62,058 bases of DNA, from the IMG/VR virus record IMGVR_UViG_3300023170_004698, positions 1-62,058 of that record; one strand, 5' to 3'. Positions 58,525-62,058 of this stretch are shown piece after piece (position 1 is the stretch's first letter; every line of letters begins with the position of its first letter). Origin of the DNA: a virus. Its lineage: Duplodnaviria; Caudoviricetes. The position numbers were made by a program, and so were the translations under genes. The notes below the pieces were generated by a model. That model was not told the DNA's origin and ran no database searches. It was given only the letters and a program-made list of their open reading frames with translations.

Positions 58525-58828
58525 ATAGCTCCAAAGTTTCCCAGTCTAATATTTTGGAATCATTGTTATAGATATACTCTTCTACTCCAAAGATTGAGTC
58601 AAATGCGCAAACTGCCTCTCCAGTTGCTCTATCAATAATCATAAAAACCTGCTTTGGAGGATTAGCTTCTTTATTTTCTCTTTCAGCTGTTTCGGCCAGA
58701 TACTTTGTGAATTCTTCTCCAAGCTCATTATTTTCGATGAAATATTCCATTAGGTGAGCAAGCGTTTCTTTACTCCAACCTTGGCCATCGATTATTTCTT
58801 TTCTTTCGCAGTTTTTATAGCTCTTCAT
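58511..58828 (-). CDS. Hypothetical protein
   Basis: 105 aa with GGAG RBS. Confidence 0.65.
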   Translation of the reverse strand: MKSYKNCERKEIIDGQGWSKETLAHLMEYFIENNELGEEFTKYLAETAERENKEANPPKQVFMIIDRATGEAVCAFDSIFGVEEYIYNNDSKILDWETLELYEDE

Positions 58829-58839
58829 AAGTTCTCCAA

Positions 58840-59946
58840 TTATTTAACTAAAATTGCAGGAGTCGTACCCGTTATATTGCCCTCTCCATCATCTGTATTT
58901 CCATATCCAAAATCATATTCGTTTACTACATCAAATTGCATCCAGATATTCTTGCCTCCGGATTTGCTTGTTTTTGTATCGTAAATATAAGCGTATGTCC
59001 ATCCGGTTATTCTTACGTTTCCGGTCATATTCTGGCCGCAATTCGCCTCAACTATTGGGACAACGCCACCTACATTGTTACCCCAATTTCTAGCAGATAT
59101 GTCGCTTTGCGAAGCAAGGTTTGCGGACGACCCATCCCGAAGGTAGGGACCTGGGAAATATTCATACGGCCATTCGCTTGGATCAACATTCCAAATTTTT
59201 TCATTTATTATATCAGATATGAATCGCACAGCAGCATTATTTTGACCATTTGCAATATATATATTGTTATTTTGGGTATCTCCATCAGATTCATCATAAA
59301 CAGACGCTGTTCCGCCGGAGCACTGATCCGAAAGCTGGCCCACTATTTCGCTTGTGCTAGGAGTAGAGTAAGGCGAGCCCCAACCAATCGTGTTTAGATT
59401 TGTTAGATCTAAAGATAATGGAGGCGGATTCTCCTCGCCTGATAAAGAGTTAAAGTGACAACTCGGAATGGCAAATGGCAGATAACACTCGACGTGTTTC
59501 GCAACACCACCGACAGGCCTAACAGCAATAGACTCAGCCCCTGAGCTTAAAGCGGAAACTCCGAAAGCTGCATGAGATAGAACTGAAGAATAATTGTGAC
59601 TTCCAGACAGCCTGACTGCATTTATATCTCTATGATATACAGTAGATAGCTCAGTGAACACATCGTCTTCATATCGACCAAAAATTATATTATCAATATC
59701 TATTTTGTAATCAAAATATATAGTGCTGTTTTCTACAATATGATTTATTTCATATACAGAATACTCAAGACCCTCTCTTGTGCCATCCAATCTTTGAGCA
59801 CCAGACATTGCAGCTAAGTCAAAAGTTGACTGCATTTGTGTATTTATAGTTTTTTGCAGCCCAATATCTATGCTAAGTGCTGCAAATCCAAGCATTGGAA
59901 TTAATGCCATAGCGGTTATTGTTGACTGGCCTCTTCTACCTCTCAT
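58840..59946 (-). CDS. tadG: TadG-like Tad/Flp pilus pseudopilin/tip protein
   Basis: MRGRRG|QST, hydrophobic helix, then SIDIG.....QMQSTFDLAAMSGA (Tad N-terminal signature); extracellular domain with paired Cys. Confidence 0.85.
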   Translation of the reverse strand: MRGRRGQSTITAMALIPMLGFAALSIDIGLQKTINTQMQSTFDLAAMSGAQRLDGTREGLEYSVYEINHIVENSTIYFDYKIDIDNIIFGRYEDDVFTELSTVYHRDINAVRLSGSHNYSSVLSHAAFGVSALSSGAESIAVRPVGGVAKHVECYLPFAIPSCHFNSLSGEENPPPLSLDLTNLNTIGWGSPYSTPSTSEIVGQLSDQCSGGTASVYDESDGDTQNNNIYIANGQNNAAVRFISDIINEKIWNVDPSEWPYEYFPGPYLRDGSSANLASQSDISARNWGNNVGGVVPIVEANCGQNMTGNVRITGWTYAYIYDTKTSKSGGKNIWMQFDVVNEYDFGYGNTDDGEGNITGTTPAILVK

Positions 59947-59947
59947 T

Positions 59948-60316
59948 TTAAAACTCTCTTATTAGGACCTTCGCCTTATGCTTATGCATATCTGGAGCTG
60001 GAGTAAATCCAAACATTGGAACATACTCTGATTCTGCATCCACAGTAACGTATTCTCCAGATAGGTTTATTCGAAATGTTGCAAGCTGCCCTGTGTTTGC
60101 AAAGTAAGAGTCTATAGCCACTCTCAGAACAGTCTCGTGCTCGTCTGGATAAAGAGATAAATGCTCTGCCGCAGTAGAGCAGGCCTTAACTAAGGTTGCC
60201 TGACGATGATAATAAACTCCGTAATCTATTGATGCAGACAAAAGCATAAAAATTATAATCAATGAAAAAACTGATTCAACAGCAATGCTTCCTCTGCGAT
60301 TTATTTTCCTCTCCAT
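59948..60316 (-). CDS. tadE: TadE-like pseudopilin
   Basis: NRRG|SIAVE (Glu at +5), hydrophobic helix, IDYG. Confidence 0.8.
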   Translation of the reverse strand: MERKINRRGSIAVESVFSLIIIFMLLSASIDYGVYYHRQATLVKACSTAAEHLSLYPDEHETVLRVAIDSYFANTGQLATFRINLSGEYVTVDAESEYVPMFGFTPAPDMHKHKAKVLIREF

Positions 60317-60753
60317 TATATACTCTCCGTTATAATGAAGGATGAAGCAGTTAGAGTTATTTCGTCAGAAAAGATTCCCATTGGAGTAATCTTGCTATAC
60401 TCAACAAATGAGTTAACAATAATTCTATCTCCATCTATTTCATATTGAAAGTAAGGTTCTCCCGGCATACCCATCGACTTCCAGGTTTCGGCAGATGCTT
60501 GCGCTTCATCAGGAAAGGCAGAATCAACTTTATCTATGCCGTGCATTGCTAAGCTTCTAGATAAGTCTATTGTCATCTCATTTGCAATAATATTGTTGCA
60601 GAAAAACCACCCGCACTCAAATAGTCCGAACATTGCCATAAATAGGATGGGAGCGGTTAAAGCGAACTCTATTGCGTTAGAGCCTCTTCTGAGTTTACGT
60701 TTCATTTCTATCTCCACGCCTATACCTATACTTAAAAATAGTATATTTTTCAA
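60316..60753 (-). CDS. tadE: TadE-like pseudopilin (probable start ATG 60705)
   Basis: MKRKLRRG|SNAIEFALTAPILFMAMFGLFECG, the canonical G.A.EFAL..P motif. Confidence 0.88.
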   Translation of the reverse strand: MKNILFLSIGIGVEIEMKRKLRRGSNAIEFALTAPILFMAMFGLFECGWFFCNNIIANEMTIDLSRSLAMHGIDKVDSAFPDEAQASAETWKSMGMPGEPYFQYEIDGDRIIVNSFVEYSKITPMGIFSDEITLTASSFIITESI

Positions 60754-60761
60754 TATAATAT

Positions 60762-61112
60762 TTATTCCTCAGATGACAACAATTCTTCAACCGGAACAAA
60801 AAGATCAAAACCATCATCATCGGCCGGGTGATTAATCGTTTCTACAAAGATTGCATTTGCCTTTTCTCTCATGTGATAAAAGCAGGGACCTCTATCTCCA
60901 TTTGGTAGTGGCAACTTATCCTTTGAGGGCCAGCCTGGACTCTCCACCCACATAGCAACGCTGGTGTTTCGACATATGCCCCTGTAATAGACTCTGTCCT
61001 TGAGCTTGTCTCTGGGAATCATCCCAATCGACTCAAGCTCTTTGAGCTGTTCTTCGCCAATTACTTTGTGTTCTCTTAGGTAGCGATATATCTTTCTTAG
61101 ATTTTTATTCAT
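60762..61112 (-). CDS. Hypothetical phage protein
   Basis: 116 aa; YRGICRNTSVAMW...INHPADDDGFDLFVP. Confidence 0.7.
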   Translation of the reverse strand: MNKNLRKIYRYLREHKVIGEEQLKELESIGMIPRDKLKDRVYYRGICRNTSVAMWVESPGWPSKDKLPLPNGDRGPCFYHMREKANAIFVETINHPADDDGFDLFVPVEELLSSEE

Positions 61113-61126
61113 TCTTTATCCTCAAT

Positions 61127-61483
61127 TCATCCGCACATATAACAGTCCACAAGACCTCGCTCAACCGGACAGTATTCTGTTCCGGTGCCGCCGCAAACAG
61201 AGCATTCTTTCTCCGCATCATATCCTCCATATTCTTCTGTAAGCTGGACCAACTCTGTTAGCGCTGCTCGCTGTTGATCTTGGCTCACAAAATCAAATAG
61301 AATCTTTTCCCAAGTATGCCGGTTTTTGTGAGTTATCTGATGTGGCTTTTGCTGACCAATTTGAATGTAACCAACAATATCTTTGCCCGGCTGAGTTCTT
61401 AGCCAATCAAGAACTTTGCTTGTGCTGGTTGGGCTCTGCGGATTCCAAACCAAAAGCTCAAACATCGGGTGTTTTTCGCTCAT
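61127..61483 (-). CDS. Hypothetical protein with DnaJ-like CxxCxGxG tail
   Basis: CSVCGGTG...CYMCG. Confidence 0.65.
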   Translation of the reverse strand: MSEKHPMFELLVWNPQSPTSTSKVLDWLRTQPGKDIVGYIQIGQQKPHQITHKNRHTWEKILFDFVSQDQQRAALTELVQLTEEYGGYDAEKECSVCGGTGTEYCPVERGLVDCYMCG

Positions 61484-61842
61484 TCTTCGTTTTCCATAAT
61501 TTCTTTAAGCTTTCGCAAAATGGCCTCAGCAGCCGAGTGCCTAGCGTCACGATGCCCGATCTTATAGGCTCTGTCCTCTGGGCTTGGATTCCGAAATTCA
61601 ATGGGAACATTGCACCTGATGTTCATAACTTCTCGATGCAAAGCTTGCCCCAACATATCAAGGTCAACCATGGTTCTGCTGTCCTTTTTGGGAGCACCTT
61701 TCCACTCATTCCAACTACAATCATAGCATTCATAGTAAGATGCAAGTCCCCCATTCACATAAGTCGGAGGAACAAAATCTATGTTTTTGCTGTTACAATT
61801 TGGGCACTCTTTCATAATGGCCTCCTCACCGTGAGTGAGCAC
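61480..61842 (-). CDS. Zinc-ribbon hypothetical protein (probable start ATG 61815)
   Basis: GAGGAGG RBS before MKECPNC; CYDC. Confidence 0.7.
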   Translation of the reverse strand: MLTHGEEAIMKECPNCNSKNIDFVPPTYVNGGLASYYECYDCSWNEWKGAPKKDSRTMVDLDMLGQALHREVMNIRCNVPIEFRNPSPEDRAYKIGHRDARHSAAEAILRKLKEIMENEE

Positions 61843-62057
61843 AATCGAACCTGCCCATCCCTCTTATTGCGACTGCGAAAGTCTGCAATGCACTGAGCAC
61901 TTAGCATATCCATGGGAATGTCCAAACGTCCAATTTCGTCAAATACAACCATGTCATAAAGATGAAACTGATCGCTGTCCATAATTTGACGCAGTGTTGA
62001 CAGATCATGAATAGCAACGCAGTCTGTTGCAATATCACGGATGTGATCATCAATAAA
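61812..62057 (-). CDS. Partial hypothetical protein (5' end outside window)
   Basis: Open frame FIDDHIRDIA...LCSLTVRRPL* ending in an ATGA overlap with the next start. Confidence 0.55.
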   Translation of the reverse strand, partial: FIDDHIRDIATDCVAIHDLSTLRQIMDSDQFHLYDMVVFDEIGRLDIPMDMLSAQCIADFRSRNKRDGQVRLCSLTVRRPL

Positions 62058-62058
62058 A

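Noticed and set aside
1-62058. Bacterial chromosome or prophage interpretation (recA, groEL, dnaE, hup, khpA)
   Set aside because: These genes are divergent, lack their normal operon partners, are interleaved with terminase/portal genes on one strand, and no integrase or host boundary is visible.

Overview
This window is part of a large (jumbo-type) tailed dsDNA bacteriophage genome. It is AT-rich, uses the standard genetic code, is densely coding, and has every credible gene on the minus strand. Reading by coordinate: (1) head module, about 1-17.7 kb: prohead protease/scaffold (truncated by the window edge), portal, lambda-GpA-type large terminase, many unknown proteins sharing K-x-A motifs, a DUF192 fusion and a CCA/poly(A)-type nucleotidyltransferase. 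(2) Replication/recombination module, about 17.8-28.6 kb: primase catalytic core, RecA, GroEL, RuvC, SSB, UvsY-like protein, DnaE, DsbA/GapR-like protein. (3) A 2352-aa orphan, a sigma factor with a Cys insert, a Cas4/AddB-like nuclease and a frameshifted patatin. (4) A GC-mosaic Fn3/LamG surface protein, SbcCD, a stand-alone primase zinc finger, an FtsK-like ATPase and two paralogous fibre proteins. (5) An accessory region with HU, an HNH-like protein, KhpA, Hsp20, a permuted NlpC/P60 enzyme, a cytosine-deaminase-like enzyme and a three-gene Tad pseudopilin cassette (TadE, TadE, TadG) with no other Tad genes in the window. The best leads are the phage-borne Tad pseudopilin cassette, a putative protease-processing and capsid-targeting code in the head proteins, and the repeat-bounded high-GC module swaps in the Fn3 protein. 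No tRNA, rRNA, CRISPR array or transposase was recognised. All calls come from reading motifs by eye; no database searches were run.
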